Below are positions 1 through 13,310 of a stretch of 64,000 bases of DNA, one piece after another. Every line of letters begins with the position of its first letter. The first letter of the stretch is position 1. Under the pieces are notes generated by a model, which saw nothing but the letters and a program-made list of their open reading frames with translations, was not told the DNA's origin and did no database searches. The stretch lies in contig BDGG01000017.1 in the NCBI GenBank assembly GCA_001949185.1, forward strand, positions 372,001-436,000, read 5' to 3'. A program made the position numbers and the translations under genes. This DNA is from Ramazzottius varieornatus. Lineage: Eukaryota > Animalia > Tardigrada.

Positions 1-98
1 AGACGAAAACTTTATAAATAAGGTGCGATCAGAGAGGAAGGATGGGATCTTTTGCGTGGGTTTACTGTCCTCTACTGTTCGCTGGATTCAAAACTGGA

Positions 99-979
99 CT
101 AGCTGCTCTGTCGGATCTTGCTGCGGCTTCTCTTGGATGAGGCAGTGGACTGGACGGCCCCGATGGCGGCTTGCAGTTCATAGTCATCCTGGTTGTCCAA
201 CAGGAAGCTGCCTTCCTGGTACAGACGGCTGTTGGAGTAGTCCTGGAATTGCTTGGACTGGCTGCAGTCAACGTTCCAGAACCAGTCGCAGACCAGGGTG
301 ATTTGGTTGAACAACTATAAATCAAGGTTGGCGTACAGTACGTACACCAAGACCCAAATGGCAGTTCGGCACACAAACTGAACAGGTATGTCTTCCCAAC
401 TGGTGCACAAGTCCAGTATTATTGTCTGGAAGCCTGCGCCACTTGTAAACCGTGACAGGAGTGTCTTCCGAAGTGGCGCGCGTTTTCCTTACTGCTAACT
501 GCGAGGGTGCGCCACTTGGAAACCTCGATTAGCTTCCTTTTCCCAAACGGCGCACGTCCTCAGTTTCATTGGCAGGAAGCGCGCGTCACTTGAGAAAACG
601 ATCTGGTCATGTTTGCTGAGCCTGCCAATTGGCAGAGAAGGGAACAAGAACAGGCACTCACGCTCATGTTGGGGCACAGGTAGCTGGTCAAGTTGCCGTT
701 GACGTCACATCGGTGGAAAACTTGGCATTGGCCGGCTTCGTCGGCGTAGAAACCTGGCTGCTTGAAGGAGGCGCAATCAACGTTGGACTGGGGGATTTCG
801 GCAAGGATGGGGAAGTCCTTTCCGGGCTGGGCGTTGGCATAAATCTCCCGAATTTGGTCAGTCTGCAGGGGAGTCTTGCCCCGCAGAACGTCCAAGGCGC
901 TGAAGACCTTGGGGTTCTGGTCACCGTTGGCAGCGTAAGCCACAGCCACCAAAGCCGAGAGGACGACCAGGCACTTCAT
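99..979 (-). CDS. Secreted chitin-binding type-2 (CBM14/peritrophin-A, CPAP1-like) protein, 2 exons (979-662, 314-99)
   Basis: Signal peptide MKCLVVLSALVAVAYA. Spliced domain reads CASFKQPGFYADEAGQCQVFHRC...YLCPNMS|LFNQITLVCDWFWNVDC (six-Cys CBM14 spacing). GTGAGT donor at 661, TAG acceptor at 315. Confidence 0.9.
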
Positions 980-2684
980 GGTTGGTAGCGGAGAACAAAG
1001 CAAGTTTACCGGTGGACGGATGTGATAGAAGAAGCAAAAGTACTGCTTGACACTTCTCGGTGTGAAAGATACGCAGTGCTTTTATACCATATCAGAAATG
1101 GCTGACTCGACCGCCGATGTCTTGCGGAATATTGGACCACCGGCCACGAAAAGAGGTCGACATGACAGGGCCGAAGAAAGCATCGAGGAAATTTGTTTTC
1201 GGCTTCGTCCGAAGACACAAATCCTTCTTGCGAAATGATATATCGATAGCCATTACTAAACATTTGTCAGCCAGCCGATATCTGTTGAGATTCTGTAGCA
1301 CATGCCAGCTGTATATTGTCGAACCTGGAAAGAACCTCGGTATATCGTTTTTGACTGGACGTAAGACCACTTTACATTCTCCCCGATCTCCCAAAGACCA
1401 TTCACTTCCAAGAGTGCAAAAAGTCCAGACTAACGCGCATTGCACAGACCACGAGGACAGTTCTACCTTGTTTCAGGTCAGAAAACGTAAAACGTTGTGT
1501 CGGCCCGTATTATTTTCTCATGCATACTATATGTCCTAGAATTTCTCTTCTTCATTTAAGGCGAGCGCTGGAAGTTAGAAGCACGTTTTCGGTTATAGCA
1601 GCAAGAGCATCATTGTGTAACGAGAAGCTGTTTCGGATGGCCTTGACCCAGTTGGGTTGCCGGCCCTCGGCAGACTTACTACTGTAAATTTGTCCAGTAT
1701 CGCGGACTTCGACAGAGGCCAAATGCTTTACCATAGGCCATTGCGCCATGTCAGATCTGGCCTAGTTATGGCCTATGTGCTATCATTTTGCAAAAGTGGA
1801 CGAAAATGATGATAGTTTTTTGGCAGTGTTGGGCAGAAGAAAAGGTGCCGGCCAACTCATTCCAGCATGGAAATTTGCAAGACAAATGAACAGACGCAGC
1901 ACTCGAGCTTGTCCATCCAACCCGAAAAGATACCCATCCATCAGGACAGAAAAGTTCGACAGGGGTTCTGTGAGCACATTTAGTAGGTGTTAGTTGACAT
2001 TTGCCCTATATGTCCTTATTTTCCTGGGTCCACCATGCAGCTGATGGAGACCAGAAATGATGCTGCTACGTATGTAGAACAAGTTTGCGATGAATTGATT
2101 TTCGTTGGTCAAACTGTCATTACCGCTCAAGCTGATGGTGGCAGGTTCGTTCGGTTGCAGACAAGGAAGAGGACGGAAGTCAAGCCTTGCAAATGACAAG
2201 GAGGAGTCAGATGGTACCGGAGGCAGCAGCGACTACTGACACCGCAGTGCCTGACGGCCCGCGCGCCACCCATCAAGCGCGCTAAACTACCACCGCCACT
2301 ACCACCAAGCGACCAAAGACTGTCACTACCACAGCTACCACTGCCAGGAAGCGCAGGTCCCACATCTCCGCCTCATGCTGATGAGTTCCTGCCGCAACCT
2401 AGCCATGGGCTTACTCTGCGGCCTTTACCATCAAGCAGCACCCGTCTCTGATCGAAAATGAACAATGGTCATCTTCGCATGGCTACAGAAGGACAGTGTA
2501 CAGTACGTACCGTAGGATTTGTCTGCTCATGATACGGCAATCCTACAGAAATAAGACTTTATAGAAACAGTAAGTCGCTCGAAGTTCTGTTGACAGATCG
2601 AGATAGCTGGTGTCAACTCATGTCCCGCGCCATTGAAGAAATAATAAATATCCTTAAGCTGAGCAAGTGAAGACTTTGCCATGT

Positions 2685-4485
2685 TTAGCATTGGTCTTGG
2701 CCTAGTTTGTCCATAGCGGCATCATGGGCTCGTTGGTTGGTCTCAGCCCGAAGTGGGGCAGGTAAGCCTTGGACCAGCTCATCGATGTGCCTTTCCATAG
2801 CCTGGTCCAGCATGACATGGTAGCCTTCCATCTCTTGTCGCAACGAGCGCTGAGTGTCGCCCATCAGCCTGTCCACCCTCTCCTGGCTGCCTCGCAGCGC
2901 TGCCCGTTCCTCTTCCGTACCATGACGGTACAGCCATTCCGCCAGCTGCCACTTGGGAGTAGCAAGGCTGCAGCTGACGTCGACGTCCGTCAGACGGTCA
3001 AAGTTCAACTGGCGCATCCCGTACAGCTCGACCAATTGCTGAAAGACCGCCGTGTAGTCTGTCTTGCTGCAGCTGGCCGCTTTCTTGGTCGACTGGATGG
3101 CCCAACATTTGCCGCCTGTGGAAGGCGCAGTGGCTTCCCTTTGCAACTTGCTCTCCGATGTAGTGACAGCGTCACTGCCAGTGACGGTATCGCTTTGGCT
3201 GCGGATGCTGACAGTCTCGGGTTGGCTACCTTCTTCTTCTGGCAGGAGAACGAAGCCGCACTGTTCTTCGACGGCTTGAGCGGGAGGTTAGACTGCGTGC
3301 GCCACAGGAAGCATGTCGGGGAAGACTTGTCTTCCCAGATCCAGACTTGTCTTCCCAGATCCACTGTGGCCTTCATTTGAGCGCGCACTTGCGGCGAGAT
3401 GGTGCTGAAACCCAGGCTGGTCTGCAGGTGTGTGAAGCACTTGCGCAGGGTCTGAAAACAGGCGACGAAATAACCCAGAGTGGTCATTATCGTCACGTCA
3501 TCTTACAGTGGAGCGGACAGCAGCAGCGTTCTCTGCATGCCGAGGTACCTTAGTGTGCTTGGGCAGGTCTGCGCTTCTTCGCAAAGTACAGGCCATCAGC
3601 AGATAGGGCAAACATTCAAAGTCGACCGCCAGCAAGTCCTCATCTCTGTCCCTGCCCTCGTCGACCTGAAGAAATTTGCTCATGCTCTTTAGCATGAGTT
3701 TCTTCGAAGCCAGCCCTTTGACGTACAGATTGCCCATCAACCTACAATGAAGATCACCATATGTACCGTAGTCACCCTAGTCCCCTTTCATCTCGAAAAA
3801 AATTTCTCCTATGAGTACTAACCAAGTTGCGCTCCTGACCGGTTCGGCAGCTTCATTGATCTCCGCCGTTCCATCAGCGGCCATCATGGCGCATCATCCA
3901 TCGATCCTGTCGCTCATGCGCTGGCAGAGGACCTTGTGGAAGGTGGTGTGTCGATGATGACTGGGCCCGCCGCTGGCAATCTTGGCCAGCTTTATGCTCA
4001 AATCGCGGCACAGCTTGACATGGAACAGTCCATCGCCACTGGCGTCCTCCATGATGGCGTCGATGACGTGCTGCACCACAGGCAGCGACTGTCCCGTCAG
4101 CAAGGCTGTCATCTTGGTTATAGCCTCATTCCATGGTGGGTCTTCAAGAATGGCCACAATCTTGTCTACAATGCTCTGCAAAAGTCACACAATTGGCCTA
4201 TGTCACAAAGTACATATAGATATAGAATATATCCGACAGCAAATGAGAGCATTAGTGTCTCATACGTACCTGCTCCGCTGCAGTCAGCCCGACGTTGTCC
4301 ATTGTCGCAGATCTCTTCTGGATCGTCTGGATATGGCTTATGGCAGACGAAGATAGGTTGTTGCGGCAGAGGTAGCTGGAACGTATCACTTGCTGGCAGT
4401 CAAGATGCTGCAAACTAATTTTCTAGTGTGGATGGCAATTAACAGCTGCTCTTGCAGCTACATGTCTGCCTCACTCGATGGCCAT
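2685..4485 (-). pseudogene. Disrupted MIF4G-domain-like (eIF4G-related) gene
   Basis: Fragments TFHKVLCQRM, RSATW|LMGNLYVKGL, DFECLPYLL and ISPQVRAQMKATVDL follow MIF4G helix order. In-frame TGA 3894-3896, frameshift near 3500, 20-bp tandem duplication 3323-3362, in-frame TAA 3288-3290. The 5' limit is approximate. Confidence 0.6.
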
Positions 4486-4673
4486 TCCGTACTCCGTACG
4501 CGTTCTCCTTTCGATAGGATAGGCAAAGAAATTATGGTCGGCTTTTGTTATCGCTTCGAGTCATTTGATTCTCCTCTCTCTCTCTCTCTTTCTCTGCTCA
4601 CTGTCTGACCGGACCGTCAGTCCAGGACCACTTCTGACCAAGTTGATCTCGGACTGACCACTGGGCAGACAAG

Positions 4674-4860
4674 GGTATCTACATATGTGAATGCGTCTAA
4701 ACGGGTTGTGACTTGTGACCAATTTGTTCAGGAGAGTGTTTTAAAGTTTTCGGACGCCAAGGGCAAACTTAGACGGGACTTTTATCTACATCAAAGAGAC
4801 CCTGAGGAAAATAAATCTGAAGTCAAAATCAAATTTCGACCACAGATGAGAAAGTTATGA
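4674..4860. repeat. Dispersed repeat, copy 1 (second copy 63797-63980)
   Basis: Collinear diverged match, e.g. gtatct(a/c)catat..gaatgcgt and accaa.ttgttcaggaga..gttttaaagttt.cggac.ccaagg. Confidence 0.65.
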
Positions 4861-6498
4861 AGAACAAGGTGGAAGGACCGAATTCCCGTTTACTCAAAAT
4901 CAGCACGCGGATCGGTTGTATGGGCTGTGCGCAGTTATGCTAATCACCTAATCATATACCGACAGTGAAAAGACGACGTGCACCGGAAGTGCTCGCTAGT
5001 GCGCGTTTCAAACTGGAGCGCGTTGTTCGTGTTAAGACAAGTACTTAACAGCCCTGTGATTTTCGAAAGGTGTTCTCAAATCTTTCAGCCACTCGTTCTG
5101 ACTTTATTACCGCAGCAAAGGAACCTGTGTTACAGTTCAACATTTCCAACAAGCTGATATCATAAAGTGCCGATTCGGAGGCAAAATACTTCCGACGCAT
5201 TACCCACATATCGTCTGGCAGACTGGCAGCAGGCTTGTTCACGTTCCGCTGGAGATTGGACACGGGACCTAGTCAGCCCGGAATTCATCTCCCATAACCC
5301 TCTCAAATTGAACACAATCGGTTTTGTATCCTGCTCTGTCTTTCTGACATGACCAATATATTATACGTATTGCGTGTTGACGTAGTCGACGTAACCTGTA
5401 ACAATGACATATTTACCTGCAGGACAATGGCGCTACACATCAACATCTGGCTGGCCACAAAGCCGTGCCGATACATGTTGCCTCACAAATTGACACAGTT
5501 GTTGTGCAAATATAGCCGGTCTTGTTGGGTCTCCTGTAAGACTGTAAGGTCGATGACGCTAAACCGGCTGTCCTTGTTGATATTCACAACTGGGTCAGGG
5601 ACTTTTGCCGTCATCCAGCATACACCTTCGCCATGTCTTAGACCACCTCCCAGCGTGAGAAGCCTCCATCAACGACGGCCAACCAATCATCTTTGCATGC
5701 AGTGCTCATTAGCCGTACACTTGAAGAAAGTCTCCACCTGTTAACAACTGCTTGCTTGTTTCAACACGGTCCCTCCAAGGTCCACACACAACTGGCTCTC
5801 TTTCTCTCATCTCCATCATCTTGACAATAACACAAATGAGTCGTTACGAGTCGCCACTATTGCCAGTTCGACAGTGTCCACTGCGATTTAGTTATGCCAT
5901 TGTCCTATTCAACAGCTCTTGTCATTGTTGCACTTCAGATGTATTTGCAAAGGAGCATGTTCGGCCAGTCCCTTCCTCATCAATCGACTCAACTAACCAC
6001 TCCATCAATTTTGCATTTTCCTACTCGCCCAACTTTTTCATGTGAAGTTGGATTGCTGATAAATATTACTCGATATCACCCCGGTCGTTCATAACTACAG
6101 AGCCGACAAGGCTGGTATTTTTGCAGCGTTCTTCATTGAACCAGGAGCTGAGTGATCCATCGCACAGAGTGATTCGACTGTCTTTCGTTTTGCCGGCTCG
6201 TACAGAAAGCGACACGGCTCCTTGTTTTATGTCGACTTCTTCATCGGCCTATGCGAGCCGAGTGATCCAGCGCATAGAGTGATCCGTTTCTGTATCGTTG
6301 GCGATTGGAGAAGCTGAGGCCATTGTTGAGCGGTTGTTGCCAGAGTCCTTCCTGTGCGACAATGGCTGAGAACGGAAATGGTGTAGAGGGAGATTAATAT
6401 TACCTGCTGATGGACGGCCACGCGTGATTGTGTAGCATCAGGCTTCGACAAAGGCCTTGTGGCGGCTCGCCTTACCAAACGCCGGCGTTTCATGTGAT

Positions 6499-8383
6499 AT
6501 GAACCAGCCACGGCGTTCTGCTGGCCACCATCTCAACGAGGATAGCGCCGCAGAGGATATGCAACATATGATGAGCAGTCAAGGCAATTTGATGGCGCTG
6601 GGCGATTATTCTGACGCTTCCGAGTATAATAATAAAAATCCTCGATTGTACAAAGTCAACCATTTTATCCTGCCCGTCTTCTTTGTGGAACTGATTGCCT
6701 TGGGATCTCTAGGAGCCCTTGCTTATTATTTACGGTATGCTTTTTCAACCTATGCTTATCGGTCATTTACAACAGTAAAAAATTTCCATTTTTGAATTAT
6801 TTTAAAATAAAAACATATAATTAGTTGTATGTTTTAGCAGGGTTGTTTTGCTGACAAAGTTTTGCAGCTGCGTTTACCAGCACTGGAATCCATGGACCAT
6901 TTCAATGATTCTGGATATTTTCTACGTAATATTTTACGTTATACTGAGGTTTTGTAGGTTTACGGATGTGTTTCCACTGCAAAGCGCACCTGTAAATTGT
7001 ACGGAGTCAGGAATAAGTTTTGCGCTGCCCAACGCGACGTCATTGTTGACAGATGTCCCGCTGGAAGTTGTCTACAGCGTGGCCTTGCTCTTGCCACTTG
7101 TCGTGGTACGTAACCAATCCACGTACCTTTCCTTACATTACAATCAACAAACAACTGACGAATAAGAGTATCAATCGCCGCTATTTCACAATTGGTTGCC
7201 GCAGTCGGTTTGAAATTCTAATTGAACTTTTAGATCTTGATTGGTGAACTTGGATATTGGTTGTTCTCCAGCAAGCCCAAAAAGGTGGTTCGAGCCCACT
7301 GCATCTACTTCAAACTCCATCTGATGCCCCGTCGCTTCTTCCGCTTTGCCGGTACTGTACTGCTACAGTTTGAATTTTCTCCACGAGCCCAACCGAGACG
7401 CACTGTCGATAGGTATATTCGTCTTGGGTCTCCTTACAACGAGCATCTTCACCGATTTCGCTAAGCTGTTGATCGCTCGACCTCGACCCTACTTCCTGCA
7501 AGTGTGCGACATGCAGTGTATCAACGCTGATGGCTCGACCACCACCAACGACAATGACAACTGCATCGACGAAGACCCCCGTCATGCTCGGACCTCATTT
7601 CCCTCCTTCCACTCGTCCATCGCTCTCTTTTCCGCTGTGTATGCGTCGGTCAGTCCCGTCAGCACAAACTGAAGCAGAGGCATCAACCATGAAATTGCAT
7701 ACGAAAACCCATGTTCTTCCTTCAGATTTACATACACAGTCTACTGACAGCTCGTGGTGCCCGCCTATTACGGCCCATTCTCGTCTTCATCGCACTGACC
7801 TTTGCTGTCTTCGAGGCTGCAAGTCGCTACCTCACACGGAGAAACCACTGGCAAGATGTTCTAGTGGGAGGGATATTAGGAACCCTCATTGCTCTCTACC
7901 TGGTAATAAATAAGTCTTTACAGACACGGTGGAGGCCGGTCAACGAAATGTGGCGCACGCTTCCAGTCTTAATGGCTTGCAGCCTGCGCCATTGCGGAAT
8001 CTCTTGCGCGCCTGCCGCCTCGAAAGGCCTTTGCGTTTGCACTGGAAAAAGTCGTTCATCTGATCTGTTTGTTTCAGGGTGTCGTTGTAGCCAACGCTTT
8101 TCGGGAGAACGTCCATGCAGACAACCTCTTGTCTCTGCGGAGGAAGTCTGGAGCGTCAAGTCCAACGCTGAACATACCCGACTCGAAATCGCCCTTCTTC
8201 TCCTGGTTTCCCATCCCCAGGGTGGAGTACAAAACGAAACCCACACGGTATATCCATGGGTTCCACAGCCACGCCGCAGACTTTAACCACGAGACCGTGC
8301 CGGTTGTCTATCATCCAGACATGAACCGATCGTTAGCCGACAATTTTAGCCGCACTTCCAACCAGCACTTCGCGCACTATTAA
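6499..8383 (+). CDS. Phospholipid phosphatase-related (PAP2/PLPPR-like) membrane protein, 6 exons
   Basis: Spliced ORF with six hydrophobic segments and PAP2 motifs C1 KLLIARPRP, C2 SFPSFH, C3 SRYLTRRNHWQD. Canonical GT-AG junctions near 6734, 7106, 7352, 7649 and 7903. Confidence 0.88.
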
Positions 8384-8715
8384 TTTCAACAGGTTTCATC
8401 TTGTTCCACTGTTTCCTTTTATATCATACTTGGACGTACAGCGATGTGCGGGTCCTACTAACATTACTGTAACAGAAACCAATTATTTGTAGTCACAAAA
8501 CACAGGAATCTAAAAGGTAAACAAAAAGAGAATGATATCATACCGCCTATATGTCAAATCACAGCAGTTATCGACGAAGTATAACAAAGTTCGCGAAGTG
8601 AAATCGGAGAACGCCCCAAGAAATGAAAGACGCCATCTTCTATTGAGGCCTATTTTCTAGTCTCAACCGAAACCATTTTTGGTAGAAGGTAATAGCGACG
8701 CGGTGAACGAAGAGG

Positions 8716-9831
8716 TTAAAACTGGTCACTTCCGGGTGCGAATATCGAAGCCATTTCGATACCCGGTCCATAGAATGGAATGACGTAATGTGAGCCGTCC
8801 GCTGGTCGCAAGGTCTGAAAGCAAGAAAGATCGACTTTAAGGAATCCGGACGACAGAAAAATGTAAAGAAAGTACGTACCCCGCTGGCGATGAGGATGAT
8901 GTCCAGAAGTTGAAGAAGGAAGAACCCACCGAGCGTGCATGACTTCAGTAAACCTGCCGAGCGAACCATACGATATATTAGTCCCGAAACGGAGTGAAAT
9001 ACCATGCGTTCTGAGCCTACCGACGCCTGGGTAGCCAAGGTAGAATCTGTCGACTCCAAACATGCCCAGGACCACCGAGAGGATCAGCGAAACATCGTAC
9101 CGATGTCCGCTCCTACCGAAGAAGCATCATTCGTGGATGGGTATGCATGTGCATGAGCGACCACGACCAATGATAAGCGGATGCATCAGTTAAATGCATA
9201 CCAACTGTACCAAACCATCTGGTATGAATTTACCTAATGCAACACAGCCTACTGCTCTGTCTATGTCATACAGTAGCATACAAACGGAATAAAGGGAATG
9301 GCTTACGAGTATTTGCAGGGAACATCTTTCCAGAAGGTACTGTTTGCTCCTAGACCATCGCAAACTACACCCGGAGCAGCTTCGCACTTCACTGCAAGCA
9401 TACAGAGTTCGCGGTGAACGTAAAGTAAGTGAAGAAGCACAGACCAGCGTACACGAAACTGCAAGAAGAGTCTCCATGTGTAGCAGCTTAGGCCTGACCA
9501 ACCTTTGGCAAAAGCGAGATTTGGCTGTAGTTTGGACGGCTGACAGCCTTCCAGCTGTTGAGCCCCCAGGTCGATATTCCTGTCCAAGCATCGGAACCTA
9601 GACGAGGAACACACGTCTGTAAGAAACAGTACTTCTACAGAGAACATGGCGGCAACAGCGCTCGATGTCGTCAACGAATACTCACTGTCCTGTCAGCAAG
9701 CTGGAGCATGGTTTGAGTTTCTCCACCATAGGGTTATCCAAGGCCCGTGCGCTGTTCGAAGAAGCACAAGTGGAAGACAAAAAGAGCGAGAAGGACAGCA
9801 CAGCGCGTCTCAACGCGTCCGTCGCGACCAT
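8716..9831 (-). CDS. TM2D1: TM2 domain-containing protein 1, 6 exons
   Basis: Signal peptide; CSSLLTGQ|FRC; PCKYS|SGHRYDVSLILSVVLGMFGVDRFYLGYPGVG|LLKSCTLGG...LLDIILIA; PADGSHYVIPFYG tail typical of TM2D1. Confidence 0.88.
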
Positions 9832-10141
9832 CGTGAGCGATCCTATCCACCAATACTGCAGACGACTATACCATATTTACACCTCCGCACATACCCAGGA
9901 CGCTGGAGTACACGATATCGCAGGATAAGGACAAGAATTTTGACTTATAAGTTCTGAGGAAAGATCGATAAATAACAAAAATCGGAAAAACAGCGGTGGA
10001 CGGATGATTAATAGAGATTAAGTTGCCACTCCGGTTCACTTTGCAACTGTAGCTGCGGCCTTCCTCCGCCCCTTTCGTGACGTGTAACTACATTTTGCTT
10101 TCCGGAGCTCCCCTTATTTTCGAGAAATAGCGTAATCGGAG

Positions 10142-13100
10142 CAGGGCTGAGCAGTAATGCAATCCTCACATCTCCGTTTCGTTTTCGTTATTAACCAAAA
10201 TTTTTTACCGTTTCAGTTTCTTTATGAAATTTTGGGAACCGTTATTCGTTATAAACCGTTATAACAAAACATTGTATATATTTATCTGTTTTCGACAGAC
10301 TTGCTTTTGATGTTAGAATCTAAGAGCTCTTGATTAATGTTACAGAAGAGAAGCATCTCAAAATTCGAGTCGTTAGTACTGAGTCTAATTTCACTAAGAA
10401 GCCTCCCGGAAATGCTGAAAATGCGTTCGATACCAGCGGTCGTCGCTGGAGCACACAGAATCTGCTTCGTAATGACTACCAGACGCTTAAAACTATCTTG
10501 CGTTCCCTTCAAACGGTAGAAGTCCAGCGGGTTCTCGCCAGTCCAGTCATTATTCAGGAACAACTCGTACTCGGCCTCGACGGTAATCGTCGAACTTCGC
10601 GAGTGCTTGACCGCGGGAACGTCATCCTCCATGAAGCTGACGAGCTCCGACTTCTTTCCTTCGCTTAAAAAACCCCATGCACTGACGGCTAATTGCAGTT
10701 ACTTGCGCACAAACCTGGACTTCCTGGTATCGGGGAGGGCTGTGTCGTCGCGGCCTTCCTCGAGCCTGACGTCCCGCATCATTCTCAAGATCAGAGCTCT
10801 AGTACGACTCTCAGTTTCTTTTGGCTTCTTGGAGCCCCGACTGAAACGCAGCTTAATCGTGGGATCCAGAAACGCAGCAGCCAAATACAGATCATCATCC
10901 TCAAACTTATCAAAGCGCTCTTCCAAAAGTGCGAGCAGCTCCAAGCTGTATTTTTCCAACAGCATACATTCTCCGCTAGCTATCATGTTGGTCAGCTGTA
11001 TTCGAAGACCGAAAAGAATTGGCAAAACGTTGCAGATCGCTGGAATGTGATGACGCTGAAGCTTCATGAATGCGTCTTGGAAAGGCTTTGTTATCTTGAC
11101 GAACTGTTTGAGAACAACTTCATGGTCTGGAGACAATCGGTATTTCTTGTCAAGGCCTACTTTGTCCCAGTCGAGCTGCAAGGCATGTTCGGCCATAATG
11201 AAGTTACTGGTTCAGCGAGTTGCACATCGCGCTTTGAGGGCCTTGCCAAACTCTTCTTCCACTTTCTCGGTCATCCCCACTGAATGTCTAACGCTTGACA
11301 CGACGGATGCGAGGGCTTCTACCGCTTTATGGACTACTGCACAGCGCGCCACTGGTTTCTTCAGGACTAGCTGCAGAGAGTGTGCGACACAACGGACCTG
11401 AAAACAGAAGTGTTTAGAAAACTGAGTGAGGATTTACTCGGTTTTATGCAAATATAGCGATTACCAGTATTTTTCTGTCGGGTAAAAGGCAGTACTTCTG
11501 AATCATCAGATCAGCAACTTCATTAGCCAAGCCACTTTCTGTATTCAGTTCTTCTGGGTCGAGAGGCTCCAAATCCAGTTCATCGTCCGACGCTATCTCG
11601 CTCTCATCGTCTGGCTCTATTTGCGTGTCGGACCCTTCTTCATCTAGACGAAGAGCATTAACATGATTAGTATCATAGCTATCACGCAAATGAAAAGATG
11701 AGTTTCATCCGAAAAATTTTACCTGTTTTGTTCGACGCTCCGGAAAATTCATAAAACTGAGGGAACAAGTCTTTGAAAGCGGCGACGATGTTACTTCCGT
11801 TATCAGTTCCAACGTAGAACACCTTGTGCTGGAGGTTGAAATCTGCGATCACCTCAACTGCCAGGTTGAGGATCTCTTCAGCAGTGTGAGAACCTTTAAA
11901 CCTCGGGCATGCGAGGAGAAAGGTTTCGCAGTCTGAACTTCTCGTCTATGAAGTGCACACTAATTCCCCTGTAACCACGCATCCGCTTGCTGCTCCAGAT
12001 GTCCAGGTTGATGGCGTCGGCTACGGCCTTCGTCAGCAAACTCTGAAGCTTCTCTTTAATCTTTCTGTGTTGTCTAGGTAAGAGGGTTCTAACAATCCTG
12101 TGTCGTATGGGCCACTAAAAAACAAAAAGAATATCCAGTAATACAATCAAACCTCAACAAGCGCCTCTCGCCACTCTTTTTTATCTGCAGTACAGTTTAA
12201 AGTTTACCTGTAGCCCAGCATCGCCCACCTGGATTGCTCTGTCGAAAGACGAGTGGCCAAGCACTGTTGGAGCTATCAAAGTCTCGACTTGAATCCGCGC
12301 TACGGCCTCATCCAGCCTTATTTGCTTAGAGTGTTTCCGGCCGAGACGCTTTTTCTTCATGTCCACCACGTAGTCGTCTAGCGTTGAGTCGGGCTTCGCT
12401 GTCTTCGGTCCTCCTTCTTTCAAGAAGTTGCTGACATCCTAAACATGGATTATTAGCAGCTGAGCAGCCCGAAATGACAGCGCATTCATTACAAAAATTT
12501 TTCATAAATATTTACCTTGTCCTTACCGTGTAACTTCAGGACATGTGTTTTGAAGTTGCTGTATCCGTCTTGAGCCGATATTTTCTTCTCACTCTTCGGC
12601 TTTCCTTTCTTGCACAGTTTACAGTGACCATAATTGATGACGACGATCTTGCTGTTCTTCGATTCTCTGGCTGAGGTAGGCGAAGTGAAGAAAGCTTTGT
12701 AGAAGTCTTTGGCTTTCCGGTCGTTCTTCTTTCGTGTCGGATCCGACGGCTGACCATCATCTTCTTCCAAGTCGATCTCCATCGACGTTACAGCGCTGTC
12801 CGTCATTCTAGCTGTGCTCCAAATGCAAGACGACTCGCTCCTGGGGTTTCGTAATAACAAAAAAGGCAGAGAAGCTTCCGAATTGACGTACGAATGCAGA
12901 AATAACTAAACCTATGTGGGCGGATCAACACGCAGGGCGCTGTAGCATGGACACAGTTAGCAGCTTGCCATAGAGGGCATACGGCAGTTGCCGATTATTG
13001 TAAGTCAGTGCGTCCAAGTTAAGCTCGCGCGTTTCACTAGCGTTCAGAGTATGGAGAGTGTGGGTTCGATTCTCCCGCACGGCAGATTCTTATTGTTTGA

Positions 13101-13310
13101 AAGTCTAAGTCTGACTGCGTTCGTAACGGATAAATGGTTTCAGATTCGTTATACTGTTTTTCCCGTTACTGCAGTTACGCGAAATAATCGTTGATTCCGT
13201 TTTGTTATTAGGTCTTTCCTTTTCGTTATAGTTTCGTTAATAACGAAAACGAAAACGAAAACGACAACGGAAGCAACAACGTTACGCCGTTTAATAACTG
13301 CTCAGCCCTG
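10142..13310 (-). mobile_element. Full-length hAT DNA transposon
   Basis: TIR CAGGGCTGAGCAGT at 10142 and ACTGCTCAGCCCTG ending at 13310. Perfect 8-bp TSD AATCGGAG (10134-10141, 13311-13318). Subterminal cgtt/aacg repeats. Internal transposase. Confidence 0.95.
10282..12806 (-). pseudogene. Intron-containing hAT transposase, disrupted
   Basis: BED finger CKLC...SNFKTHVLKLH, DIWSS, GTDNGSNI, CVAHSLQL, AAFLDP and dimerisation motif PATTAGIERIFSISG. In-frame TAA 10699-10701 and a frameshift near 11935. Confidence 0.85.

Noticed and set aside
1775-2460. Short ORFs including a Pro/Leu-rich stretch
   Set aside because: No consistent exon chain or recognisable domain.
12988-13086. Functional tRNA gene
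   Set aside because: No convincing D-arm or anticodon arm could be folded. Kept only as a low-interest finding.
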